A stretch of DNA of 64,000 nt, taken from NCBI GenBank assembly GCA_963735175.1, contig CAVTJX010000018.1:1061-65060 (forward strand). The letters run 5' to 3'. Positions 45,464 through 55,984 of this stretch are shown in pieces; within the stretch, counting starts at the first letter, position 1, and every line of letters begins with the position of its first letter. This DNA is from an uncultured bacterium. Its GTDB lineage: Bacteria; Electryoneota; RPQS01. Position numbers and translations under genes: made by a program. Below the pieces are notes generated by a model. It ran no database searches. It was not told the origin of the DNA and saw only the letters and a program-made list of their open reading frames with translations.

Positions 45464-46903
45464 TTGTGTGTGAAGGTCAGTCATCATAAACGAAGCTTGC
45501 GTTCGCATCACCGCGGATCGGCCTCGGCGGTCGCGATTTTTCTGGGGCTTTTACGGGTCGGAATTCCCTTGCTGTTGATCGGCGGCGCGGCCTTCTGGCT
45601 GCTGAACCACAGCAGCGGCGCCGAGGGGCAACTCCACGTCAGCACATCCGTGCGCGGTGCGGAAATCCTGATCGGCGGTGTGCAAACCGGTTTTCAGAGC
45701 GACACGACGCTATTCGTGCCGGTCGGCCGCAAGATCGTCACGGTCCGTAAGCCGGGCTTCGTTTCCATCCCCGAATTTGCCATAGTGGAAATGACCAGCC
45801 ACGCCCGCCTGACGGCGAATTTTGTGATGCGTCCGGCTCGCGACGTCGCCGAACGCGATTCGATCCCTCCCTTGCGTCCCGTGCGGCAGGAGATCTTCAG
45901 CACCGGGCAGCCGGTGATCCAGATTCCGCCCGCTGCCCGGCACGGCAGCCGCCGCGTTCTCGATCTCTCGCCGCGTCTCACAACGTCCGCGCCACCCCCC
46001 AGCGATGCCCTCGAATCTTCCAACCCGCCGCCTTCTGCGCCGGAATGGCAGTCATCTCCGACGGCGGAAACCCCCTCCAGTTCAAGTTCCGCGCTGATGA
46101 GCACTCAGGTCACGGTCTCCTCCGTGCCCGAAGGCGCCCTCATCAGCGTCAATGGCGCGCCGACGCAGCATCTTACACCGTATACATTTCGCGGTCTCGA
46201 CCGCGGCCTTTATTCGTTTCGCGTCAAGCTTGAAGGCTACCTCACTCGGCCCGAGTCGCTGGCGGTCGCGCTGAACGAGGATTTCCAGCGCGAACTCGTC
46301 GCCTTCGAACTTGCGTCCGATCCGTCGCTGCCCCGCCCGCTGCTCACACTCTCCACCGTCCCCCTCGCGGCCGGGATCACTGTCGACGGTCGCGCCGCCG
46401 GCGTCGGCAAAGTGACACTGGATCCCGGATTCGGCGAACATCGCGTAGAATTCGCCGAGGTCCCCGGCTACCGCACGCCCGCCCCGGTCGCCATTCGCCT
46501 GACGGCCGCCGAACCGGAAGGCGAAGCCACGGGCCGCTACGAACGTCTGACGGGCAACGCCTTTGTCGCCATCGTTCCGAATGATGACGTCGAACGGTTC
46601 GACAGCCGCCTGCTGCGCGTTTATGTCGATAATGAACTCGTGTTGGACAATCCCAAGGAACGATTCGACGCCACGCTCCTCGGAAAAATTCTCTCCGGCC
46701 GCCGCCTCGTGCGTGTGCAATACGGCGATCTGCAAAGTGACATGCAGGTAAACCTGCTCGATGGTGAAGTGAGCGAAATTGTCTTCCGCATCGAAAGCTT
46801 CTTTAGCAAACGCCGACTGCGCCTCAAAGAAAAGTCCGCTGTTCCTGTCGAAGAGTGGCGCCAGCATTCCCAAAAGCTGACCGTGCTCACCGTCTCGTCC
46901 TGA
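45464..46903 (+). CDS. Membrane-anchored PEGA-domain protein
   Basis: N-terminal TM helix; repeated PEGA-like units (GAEILIGGVQTGF..., GALISVNGAPTQHLTPYTF..GLYSFRV, ITVDGRAAGVGKV...). 479 aa intact; start uncertain. Confidence 0.6.
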   Translation: MCVKVSHHKRSLRSHHRGSASAVAIFLGLLRVGIPLLLIGGAAFWLLNHSSGAEGQLHVSTSVRGAEILIGGVQTGFQSDTTLFVPVGRKIVTVRKPGFVSIPEFAIVEMTSHARLTANFVMRPARDVAERDSIPPLRPVRQEIFSTGQPVIQIPPAARHGSRRVLDLSPRLTTSAPPPSDALESSNPPPSAPEWQSSPTAETPSSSSSALMSTQVTVSSVPEGALISVNGAPTQHLTPYTFRGLDRGLYSFRVKLEGYLTRPESLAVALNEDFQRELVAFELASDPSLPRPLLTLSTVPLAAGITVDGRAAGVGKVTLDPGFGEHRVEFAEVPGYRTPAPVAIRLTAAEPEGEATGRYERLTGNAFVAIVPNDDVERFDSRLLRVYVDNELVLDNPKERFDATLLGKILSGRRLVRVQYGDLQSDMQVNLLDGEVSEIVFRIESFFSKRRLRLKEKSAVPVEEWRQHSQKLTVLTVSS

Positions 46904-46922
46904 TGAGGTTGCGCCGCCGTCC

Positions 46923-47639
46923 ATGAACGAACGTCTGCAGAAGGTCATTGCCGCCCGTGGCATTGCTTCGCGCCGCGAGGCTGAACGGATGATTCTGGAA
47001 GGCCGTATCGTCGTCAATGATGCCGTCGCCACGGAACTGGGCACCCGTGTGGATCCGGATGTCGATCGCATCGTGGTGGACGGCCGCCCGTTACGTCCCG
47101 CAGCCGCGCCGCGCGTGCTGATGCTGAACAAACCCGTCGGCTATCTGTCCACCTGCAAGCCCGACCGCGAAATCGGCCCCACGGTCCTCGAACTCGTCCC
47201 GCGTGATCGCCGTTACTTTCCCGTGGGCCGCCTCGACCAGAATAGCTCTGGCCTGATGCTGCTGACCGACGACGGCGACCTCGCTCATCGCCTTACACAT
47301 CCGCGTTATGGCACGGAAAAGGTCTACGATGTCGAAACCCGTCACCCCCTGCGTCCGGAACAGGTCAACGAGCTGATCGAAGGCGTCATGCTCGATGACG
47401 GCCCGGCCCGTGCTCTCGACGTCCAGCAGGTTTCACCGCGCGGCGTGCTCATTACGCTGGGCGAAGGCCGCAAGCGCCAGGTCCGCCGCATGATTATCGC
47501 CGTCGGCTCGCGCGTCCTTTCGCTGCGCCGCGTGCGCATCGGCGGCCTCTGCATCGGTTCGCTGCCGTCCGGAAAATGGCGCGAACTCGAACCCTCCGAA
47601 ATCGAACTGCTTTTACAACCCCGCCGCGCTGAATGTTAG
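46923..47639 (+). CDS. Pseudouridine synthase, RsuA/RluB family
   Basis: S4 domain (LQKVIAARGIASRREAERMI) plus the catalytic GRLDQNSSGLMLLT motif. Intact. Confidence 0.85.
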   Translation: MNERLQKVIAARGIASRREAERMILEGRIVVNDAVATELGTRVDPDVDRIVVDGRPLRPAAAPRVLMLNKPVGYLSTCKPDREIGPTVLELVPRDRRYFPVGRLDQNSSGLMLLTDDGDLAHRLTHPRYGTEKVYDVETRHPLRPEQVNELIEGVMLDDGPARALDVQQVSPRGVLITLGEGRKRQVRRMIIAVGSRVLSLRRVRIGGLCIGSLPSGKWRELEPSEIELLLQPRRAEC

Positions 47640-47655
47640 TCCTTTGAGGTGAGTC

Positions 47656-47874
47656 ATGTTTATCATCGACGAAGTGAATCACATCATTCATGACGCCTCG
47701 TTCGTCAAGTACGAGTGCCAGATCAAGAATATTCCCGACGACAAAAAGAAAAAGATTCATACGCTCGAACAGGTCAAGCGCATGATCGACACCAATCACC
47801 GCCCGCAGTATAACGGCTGCAAATATTGCCTCGCCGAGTACCACCAGTTCGATATGAACAGCATTTTTCGCTGA
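47656..47874 (+). CDS. Small hypothetical protein (72 aa) immediately upstream of selB
   Basis: GAGGTG Shine-Dalgarno 5 nt upstream of the ATG. GC3-biased codons despite a Lys/Asn/Ile/His-rich composition. Ends TGA-CGC-ATG(selB). Confidence 0.45.
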   Translation: MFIIDEVNHIIHDASFVKYECQIKNIPDDKKKKIHTLEQVKRMIDTNHRPQYNGCKYCLAEYHQFDMNSIFR

Positions 47875-47877
47875 CGC

Positions 47878-49762
47878 ATGGCCCGAGTGATCGTCGGCAC
47901 CGCCGGCCACATTGATCATGGCAAGTCCACCCTCGTGCGCGCGCTTACCGGGACCGATCCCGACCGCCTGCCCGAGGAGAAGAAACGCGGCATTACCATT
48001 GATCTGGGCTATGCGTTCCTCGACGATGTCGCCGCCATCATCGACGTCCCCGGCCACGAGCGTCTGATCCGCAACATGGTGGCGGGGGCCGCCACCATCG
48101 ACTACGCGCTGCTTGTCATTGCCGCCGACGATGGCGTCATGCCGCAAACCTTCTGAGCATCTCCAGATCCTTCGCCTGCTCGGCGTAGGCCAGGGCCTCA
48201 TTGCGCTCACCAAGGCCGACGCCGTCGAAGCCGACTGGCTCGAACTGGTGGACGAGCAGATTCGCGCCGCCGTGCAGGGCACCTTTCTCGCCGATCGCGC
48301 CGCTCTTCCGCGTCGATTCGCTCTCCGGTCGCGGTGTTCCCGAGCTGCGCGCCTTTCTGCTGACAACGCTCGCCGCGTTGCCTGCCCGCTCGCCCCACGG
48401 CGTCTTCCGTCTGCCCGTCGACCGCGTCTTCCAGGTCAAGGGTCGCGGCACGGTCGTCACCGGCACCATTCTTTCGGGACGCGTTCAACGCGACGCCCGC
48501 CTCGCGGTACTGCCTGGCGGGCTTGATGTTCGTGCCAAACGCCTCGAGTCCCACGGTATGGAGCAGGATGAGCTTCACGCCGGCCAGCGCGCCGCGCTCG
48601 AATCTCCTCGGCGAAACCGAAAATCTAAACCGGGGTGTCACGCTCACTGTCCCCGGCGGCCTCACGGCGTCCACCCGCATCCGGGTTTCACTGGAGTTGC
48701 TTCCCTCTGTCGAACCGCTTAAGGACCGCCAGCGCATTCGTCTGCTCATCGGCACGCAGGAAGTTATTGGCCGCATGCAGCTCCTCGATCGCCGCAATCC
48801 CCGCCATCCCCTCGCCAACGTCCTGCTCGAGGAGGAGGTCGTGGCCGTCTGGGGTGATCGCTTCGTCTTGCGCCGCTATTCGCCGCTCGAAACCCTGGGC
48901 GGCGGACTCGTCCTCGAACCGGCCACGCCGCGCCTGCGCTCCCGCGATCTGCCGCGCGAACTGGAATTCTCCGCCGCGCTCAGCAATGCGAATCTTGATC
49001 AGGCTCTCACCGCGTATCTGGCCTATCGCGGCGCCAGTGGCATCGACGCTCCGCTCCTCGCCCGCGCCCTCGGCCTCACGCTGCCCGAACTGCTTGCGCG
49101 CGCCGCGAAGCAGAAGGTGCTGCACGTCGGCGACACGCTGCTTTCCCAAGCGCGTTTCGAAGAACTGCGCGCCGCCGTTCGCGCGCGTTTGAGTGCCCTC
49201 CATCGTCAGGCTCCCGGCACGCCCGGCTTCGGCCGCTCCGATCTGAAATCCGATGCCGCTGCCGATTTACCGGACGCGCTCTTCGATCATCTGCTGACAG
49301 GTCTCATCGCCGAGGGCAGCATCCTCCAGGACAACGCCAGCTACCACGAGCCCCAGCGCCGCGTCGTCCTCACGCCCGCTCAGCAGGAATTGCACGGCCG
49401 CATCGCCGAACTGCTCGCGCGCCGGCGGTTTCGCGCCGCCCTCGTCCGTCGTGATTTCCGAAACGCTTCACCGCCCGCGCCCCGAAATCGAAAAAGCCCT
49501 CGTCGTCATGGAACGTCTCGGTCAGGCGCGCCGTCTGGGGCTTGATCTGTTCTTCGATGCCGCGCACTTCGACCGCGCCGTGGAAACGATTCGCGCCCAT
49601 TTGCAGGGCACGCCGGAACTGTCGGTCTCCGACGCCAGCCGTCTGCTGGCGTCTTCCCGCAAGTACGTGGTTCCGTTCCTGGAATTCCTCGACGGCAAAG
49701 GCATCACCCAGCGCGCCGAAAACGTCCGCATCCCCGGCCGCAATCTGCAAAAGCTGCCATAA
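47878..49762 (+). CDS. selB: Selenocysteine-specific elongation factor SelB; four frame breaks (~48150, ~48295, ~48595, ~49440)
   Basis: [34 protein letters not shown] and LTKAD. Domains II-III and the C-terminal winged helices end ...[20 protein letters not shown]. Five successive +1 frames. Confidence 0.9.
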
Positions 49763-49788
49763 ATAATTATCTCGCGAGCCCAGTACTA

Positions 49789-51321
49789 TTGAAGACGATT
49801 TTAGCGATTATGGACGGCTACGGCCTCCGCCCGGATGAAGAGAATAATGCGACTCGCCTGGCGGACACGCCCCATCTTGATGAGATCTTCCGCCGCTTCC
49901 CCGATGTCACGCTGAAAACCAGCGGCCGTGACGTCGGTCTGCCCGCCGGACAGATGGGCAACAGCGAAGTCGGACACCTGAATATCGGCGCGGGCCGCAT
50001 CGTTTATCAGGACATCACGCGCATCGACCGCGCCATCGAAGAAGGCGATTACTTCCAGTCGCCGGCGCTGAACGATTTGCTGGACGCCCTCGAGCGCCGG
50101 GGCCGCTTCCTGCACGTCATGGGTCTCGTCAGCAACGGCGGCGTGCATTCCTCCATGGAGCATCTGCGCGCCACGCTCGAACTCTGCCGCCGCCGCAATT
50201 TCTCCCGCGTCGTGCTGCACGCCTTCACCGATGGTCGCGACACGTCTCCCATGTCCGGCGTCGGCTTCATCCGCCAGCTTGAAGCCTGGATCGCGGAACT
50301 CGGCGTGGGCCGTATCCAGACTGTCAGCGGCCGCTATTACGCCATGGACCGTGACAAGCGCTGGGATCGCGTACAGAAAGCGTATCGCGTCCTTCTGTTT
50401 CGCCGATGGCCATCATGCGCCCTTGGCCGAAGCTGCGCTGGAAGCATCCTATCAAGCCGGCGTCACCGATGAGTTCGTGCTCCCCACGGTCATCGATTCT
50501 CCCGGCGGCCCACAAACGCTGACGGCCGAAGACGGCGTCTTCTTCTTCAACTTCCGCGCCGACCGCACGCGCCAGCTCACCGACGCCCTCACCAAGCCGC
50601 GGCTTCGACGGCTTCGAAGCGCCCGTCAAGGTCGCGCACTTCGTCACCATGACGCGCTACCGCGAGGATTACGATTTTCCCGTCGTCTTGCCGCCGCAGA
50701 AGCTGACCAACCTTCTCGGCCAGATAGTTGCCGAGGCGGGCCTGAAGCAACTTCGCATCGCGGAGACGGAAAAATACCCGCACGTCACCTTCTTTTTCAA
50801 TGGGGGAGAGGAGACGCCGTTCCCGGGCGAATTCCGCATCCTCATCCCTTCGCCCCGTATCGCCACTTACGACCTGCAGCCCGAGATGAGCGCCCCCGAA
50901 GTCACCGACAAACTCGTGCACGCGATCCGCTTCGGACGCCTACGATTTCATCGTCGTCAACTTCGCCAACTGCGACATGGTCGGCCACACCGGCAGTGCT
51001 CGCCGCCGCCATCCGCGCTGTCGAAGCCGTCGACACTGCCATCGGTCGCGTCTGGGACGGCCGCGCAGCGAGCAAGGTTACGCCATGCTGCTGACCTCAG
51101 ACCATGGCAATTCCGAGGAAATGTGCGATCCGACCACCCACGGTCCGCATACCGCGCATACTACCAACCCCGTGCCGCTCGTGCTGCTCAGTCAGGAAAA
51201 CACGGTCATGCTGCGCGATGGCGGACGCCTGGCCGATCTCGCGCCGACCATTCTCGAACTCATGCACCTTCCGCAACCCGCGGAGATGACCGGACAATCG
51301 CTCCTCGTCACGAAGCGCTGA
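49789..51321 (+). CDS. gpmI: 2,3-bisphosphoglycerate-independent phosphoglycerate mutase; about six frame breaks (50395-51075)
   Basis: [64 protein letters not shown]; the pieces alternate between frames. Confidence 0.9.
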
Positions 51322-51345
51322 GCTTTCCGCTCAGTAAATTCACCC

Positions 51346-52497
51346 GTGCTCGTGGCGCTCGCGCTGGGCGTTGCCTTGCGGATGCTCCTGCTCACGCTGA
51401 CTCCCAGTCGCCGGCCCCTCGCTTCCCGGCCAGCTCTCGTCCTACAACGACGAGCTGGCCCACGGCAATTATGTGCGCCATCTGCTGCAATTCGGCTCCC
51501 TGCCCACGCAGGTCGAAGCCATCGACGCCCATGCGGCGCTCGAACGCGGCGAGTACGAGAACTACCAGCCGCCGCTCTATTATCTGCTCACCGCCGGCCT
51601 CTGCCGGCTATCCGGCGCCAGCGATCGTCTCCGGCGTCATTTTCGCAGGCCGCGCCGTCAACGCCGTTCTGTCCATCGGTCTGCTGTTCGTCTTTCTGCA
51701 AATCGGCCGCGCTCTCGCCTGGAGCGCTCACACCGTCGCCGCCGGCGGCATTTTCATCTCTCTTTCCGGCGTCTTCGTCCGCTTCACCACCACGGCCGGG
51801 AACGAAACACTCTTCTGGCTTATCGCTGCGGGCCATGATCCTCAGCGCCATCCGCCTCGGTCAGAAGTCCGACGTCAGCGCTGCGGAATGGCTGCTCTTC
51901 GGATTGCTCGCCACGCTGGGCCTTTACACCAAGCTGTCCATCCTGCTGTTGCTGCCGCTGCCGGCGCTCGCGCTCTGGCGCTCGCCGCGCTGCTTAATGC
52001 CGCTGGCCTCGCTCTACCTGTTCATCGTCGCCGCCACGCTCCCCGTCTGGCTCCGCAATCTGCACGAATTCGGCGCGTTGCTGCCGCTGACGGCGGGCTT
52101 CGGCACGCCCGCCTGGCGCGTGCCCGGTCCGGCGTCCGCCGCCTTTGCGTTCCGGTCGTTCATCTTCCCCTGGTGGGAATTCTGGCGCAGCGCTGTCGGC
52201 CTGCTCTTCATGGCCCCGCTGTCGCTGTTTCTGCTCGATGCTGTTTTTCGCCGCGGCGACCCGCGCCGTGCTTCGCGCAGGCTCCGCTCCTTGCCGCCGC
52301 TTTGGGCATTGCCCTGGCGTCGTTCGTCTGGCTGAACCTCCGCTATGATCAGGCCGAAGGCCGTTACCTGTTTTCCGCCTGGCCCGCGCTCTGCGCGGTC
52401 GTGGGCGGCGAACCGGGTACGGACCGCCGGCTCTGGATCCTTGTGTTCGTACTTCTCCTCCCCTTTGCGTTTGATGCTGCTCCCCGCAGGTGGTTGA
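51346..52497 (+). CDS. Polytopic membrane glycosyltransferase, ArnT/PMT (GT39/GT83)-like; five or six frame breaks
   Basis: [15 protein letters not shown] and [12 protein letters not shown], with many TM segments distributed over three frames. The proposed TGA stop (52495-52497) directly abuts the TTG of the next gene. The family call is tentative. Confidence 0.5.
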
Positions 52498-53964
52498 TTG
52501 CTCCAGCAACTGAAAAGTCTCACTCGCGACTCGATGATTTACGGAGTCGGGCACATTGCGACCCGACTCCTCACGTTCCTGCTCCTGCCGTATTACACGT
52601 TTCGCATGACCCCGGCGGAGTATGGCGAGATCACGCTCTACTTCCTGTTCGTTGCCATCACGCAGACGTTCTTCTCCTACGGCATGGATATCGCATATCT
52701 GCGCTATTTCACGCTGGCGAAGGACCCTGCCGACCGTCGCGTCGTTAGCGGCACCACGCTGCTCACCGTTCTGGCCAGTTCCACCGCGCTCTGTCTGCTG
52801 ATCGTTGCCGCGGCTCCCGCCGTCGGCCGGCTCGTCATCCAGAACCCGATCAGCCCCGACGTCGTACCGGCGATGATCCGCATCTGTGCCGGCATTCTGT
52901 TCTTTGACACCATTTCCACCTTTCCCTTTCTCTACCTGCGCGGCAAACACCGGCCCTATCGTTTCGCGGCCACCAAACTCTTCAACGTCGCCGTCAACAT
53001 CGGCCTCAACCTCTGGTTCGTGGGCGCGCTGCGTCTTGGCGTGGCCGGTGTCCTCTGGGCCAACCTCATCGCCAGCGGCGTTACCACGCTCGTCCTGATG
53101 CCGACGATGGTGCGCGACGTCACGCTGCGCTTCGACCGCGCGCTGATCCGCGAGATGGTCCGCTTTGGCATCCCCAATATCCCGACCTATCTGTTTGTGA
53201 TGATCATCGAACTGGCGGGGCGGAAAATCATCGAACTCTACCAGGGGTTGAATGAAGTCGGCCTCTACAGCGCGGGCTATAAACTGGGCATGTTCATGGC
53301 CGTGGTCACCGGAGCCTTCCGCTTTGCGTGGCAACCGTTCTTCCTTTCCCATGCCGACCGCCCCGACGCCCCGCGCCTTTTTGCCCGCGTGCTCACCTAT
53401 TATCTGCTGGTGACGCTGGCCCTGTTCCTGGCGTTGACGTTGTTTGTAGATACACTGATAAAAACACGCTGGCCCGGCATCGGCTATCTCATCCATCCGG
53501 ACTACTGGGCGGGGCTCGCCGTCTTTCCCATCATTCTCCTTGCCCACGTCTTCGACGGCGTCTACGCCAATCTGATGGTCGGTGTGTACCTGAAAAAGCT
53601 CACAGCCTGGCTGCCGCTCGTTACCGGCGCCGGCGCCGTCTTCACCATCGGCTTCTGCCTGCTGCTCGTGCCCGTCTATGGGATGATGGCTGCCGCCTGG
53701 ATTTCCCTCGTTGCTTTCGTACTCGAAGCCGTCCTTTGCTGGTTCGTTGTCCGCCGCGCCTATCCCGTGCCCTACGAATGGGCGCGCCTCGCCAAATTGA
53801 GTGCGGTCTGCGGTCTGCTGCTGGCGCTGGCGTATGTGCCCGGCCTGCGCGGATCGCTCCCGCGTTTCGCGCTGCTCCTTGCCTTTCCCGCGCTGCTCTA
53901 TGCGGTCGGATTCCTGAACGAGCGCGAGAAATTCCACCTGCGCAAACTCCTGTTTCGGAAATGA
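52498..53964 (+). CDS. Polysaccharide biosynthesis protein, MOP/Wzx-type flippase
   Basis: 488 aa intact, about 12-14 TM segments; N-terminal [23 protein letters not shown] typical of the family. Confidence 0.8.
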   Translation: MLQQLKSLTRDSMIYGVGHIATRLLTFLLLPYYTFRMTPAEYGEITLYFLFVAITQTFFSYGMDIAYLRYFTLAKDPADRRVVSGTTLLTVLASSTALCLLIVAAAPAVGRLVIQNPISPDVVPAMIRICAGILFFDTISTFPFLYLRGKHRPYRFAATKLFNVAVNIGLNLWFVGALRLGVAGVLWANLIASGVTTLVLMPTMVRDVTLRFDRALIREMVRFGIPNIPTYLFVMIIELAGRKIIELYQGLNEVGLYSAGYKLGMFMAVVTGAFRFAWQPFFLSHADRPDAPRLFARVLTYYLLVTLALFLALTLFVDTLIKTRWPGIGYLIHPDYWAGLAVFPIILLAHVFDGVYANLMVGVYLKKLTAWLPLVTGAGAVFTIGFCLLLVPVYGMMAAAWISLVAFVLEAVLCWFVVRRAYPVPYEWARLAKLSAVCGLLLALAYVPGLRGSLPRFALLLAFPALLYAVGFLNEREKFHLRKLLFRK

Positions 53965-55046
53965 AAATTCTCTACATCGCCGCCGAACACGTTTCCGGAA
54001 CCCTGTCCCTCTTTAAGGCCGAGCACGAGCGCCGTGGTGACGTCTGCCGCTTCGTCACGTTCTGGCACAGTCACTGGGATTTCCCTGACGACATCTGCCT
54101 GGATCTGCCGCTTATGCCCGATCGCGCCTGGGTCCGCCGCCTGCGCCGCCTGCTGCAGGCCAGCGAAGGCCACGCGCCCGAAAGCTGGGTTGGCGGCGAC
54201 CTGCGCCTCTGGCAGCCGGGAACCCTGGCGCGCACGCTCTTCGCGCTCCGTGACCGTTGGCTCTGGCCCATGATCCACCGGAAGATCCGCGCCTACGGTC
54301 TCGACGACTTTGACCTCATCCACCTCGACGGCGGCCTCGATTTCACCCGCGATGCCCGCTTCGTCCGCGCCATGCGCCGCAAGGGCAAGCACGTCGCCGC
54401 TTTTTACCATGGCACCGACCTGCGTAATCGCGGCATCGTTCCCGCCATCGACGAACAGGTGGAGCTGCGTCTCACTAGCGAGTGGGATCTGCTCGAATAT
54501 GATCCGCGGCTGCATTACCTCTATCTGCCGTTTGATACCTCCGTGTATCCGCCGCGCGAATACCGTTTCCACAGTCCCATACGCATTTGCCACGCCACGC
54601 GCAACCCTTACAAGGGAACGGCTTACGTCATGGAGGCGGTGCGTGACCTTTCCGCGCGCTATCCCGTCGAACTCGTGCTGCTGAAGGACTTGTCGCACGC
54701 CGAAGCCCTGCGCCGCAAACAGGACTGTGACATCGTCGTCGATCAGTTGACCAATGCCGGCGGCTGGGGCTACGGCATGAGTTCCGTCGAGGCCTTCGCC
54801 ATGGGCCTGCCGGTCGTCACCAACATTCCCGATAAAATGGCGGGGCCGCTGGGCAGCCACCCCTTCGTGCAGGCGGACCCGGATTCCATTCGCGACGTGC
54901 TGGAGCGCCTGATCACCGACGAGCCGCTCTGCCGCCGCCTGGGCGCCGAGGGCCGCGCCTGGGTCTGTGAACGCCACGACGTGCGTTCCGTCGGCGACCA
55001 ACTCTATCGCTATTACCGGGAGGCCGGTTGGCTGACAGACCATTGA
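53961..55046 (+). CDS. Glycosyltransferase (GT1/GT4-like fold)
   Basis: ATGA overlap with the flippase stop. The C-terminal half has GWGYGMSSVEAFAMGLPVVT (GT-B nucleotide-sugar-binding region). The upstream 211 aa of ORF 53328..55046 is shadow sequence. Confidence 0.7.
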   Translation: MKILYIAAEHVSGTLSLFKAEHERRGDVCRFVTFWHSHWDFPDDICLDLPLMPDRAWVRRLRRLLQASEGHAPESWVGGDLRLWQPGTLARTLFALRDRWLWPMIHRKIRAYGLDDFDLIHLDGGLDFTRDARFVRAMRRKGKHVAAFYHGTDLRNRGIVPAIDEQVELRLTSEWDLLEYDPRLHYLYLPFDTSVYPPREYRFHSPIRICHATRNPYKGTAYVMEAVRDLSARYPVELVLLKDLSHAEALRRKQDCDIVVDQLTNAGGWGYGMSSVEAFAMGLPVVTNIPDKMAGPLGSHPFVQADPDSIRDVLERLITDEPLCRRLGAEGRAWVCERHDVRSVGDQLYRYYREAGWLTDH

Positions 55047-55981
55047 CCCTCAGCGTGGTCGTGATTTCCTTCAACCAGGCGGACTTCCTGCGCCGCCTCG
55101 TCGGCCAGCTCCTCGAGCAGGATTACGATCCCACCGCCTGTGAAATCATCGTCGTCGACGACGGCTCCACAGACGGTTCCCGCGAGTGGCTGCGCTCCCA
55201 GAGGGACCCGCGCGTGAAACCACTCTTCGGCGAGAAGGACCGCGGCCGCTCCGCCTCGCGCAATACCGGCATCCGCGCCGCCACGGGCGAGATCGTCGTC
55301 ATGATCGACGGCGACCACACCGTCCAGCGCGATTTTCTTGCGATCCACGCCGCGCGTCATGCCCGCGAGCGCTGCGTTGTCGTCGGTCTGTCGCATTTTG
55401 CCGATCACCCCGATTTCCGCGCCCTCAATCACTACCTGAATCACGGCGGGGCTTCCAAGCGGTCGCCCGATGCGCCGCTGCCGGGACGCTACTTCCTCAC
55501 GCGTAACTGCTCCGTGCCGCGGGATCTGCTACATGAAATCGGCCTCTTCGACGAACGCTTTCGCGCCTGGGGTGGGGAAGACCTCGATCTCGGCGTGCGC
55601 CTCGAGCGCTCCGGCGTTCCCATTTACGGAGAACCTCGCGCCCTCGCCGTGCACCACCACCTGCGCCCCTTGAACGCGCTGCTCGCGAACCTCTACATCT
55701 ATGGCCGCTATGGCATCCCCGTGCTCCTGGAGCGCCATCCGCAGCTCTTCCGCGAGCTGAATCTGCACCAGGTGTTTCCCGCCCCGGACGGCTTGTCGTT
55801 GAGCTTTTTACGCCGCGCCGCCCTGCGCCTTTTGATGACCGCGCCCGTTTACTACCCGTTGCGTGCCACGGCCAATCTGCTGCGCCGTCACCGCCTGCCG
55901 CGCGCGCTGTTCGATTACCTGCACCTGCGCCAGTATACGCGCGGTTACCGCCATTCCCTGAAAGCCCCTCGAGGAGACTGA
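55028..55981 (+). CDS. Glycosyltransferase family 2
   Basis: LSVVVISFNQ, IIVVDDGSTDGS, VMIDGDH, WGGEDLDLGVRL; 317 aa intact. Confidence 0.8.
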   Translation: MADRPLTLSVVVISFNQADFLRRLVGQLLEQDYDPTACEIIVVDDGSTDGSREWLRSQRDPRVKPLFGEKDRGRSASRNTGIRAATGEIVVMIDGDHTVQRDFLAIHAARHARERCVVVGLSHFADHPDFRALNHYLNHGGASKRSPDAPLPGRYFLTRNCSVPRDLLHEIGLFDERFRAWGGEDLDLGVRLERSGVPIYGEPRALAVHHHLRPLNALLANLYIYGRYGIPVLLERHPQLFRELNLHQVFPAPDGLSLSFLRRAALRLLMTAPVYYPLRATANLLRRHRLPRALFDYLHLRQYTRGYRHSLKAPRGD

Positions 55982-55984
55982 ATA

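Noticed and set aside
47872-47880. UGA read-through or Sec insertion fusing the 72-aa upstream ORF to SelB (same frame, TGA-CGC-ATG).
   Set aside because: Same-frame placement has a 1-in-3 chance expectation. SelB orthologs start at the [11 protein letters not shown] position. I could not fold a convincing SECIS-like hairpin immediately downstream by eye. I kept it only as a reinitiation hypothesis.
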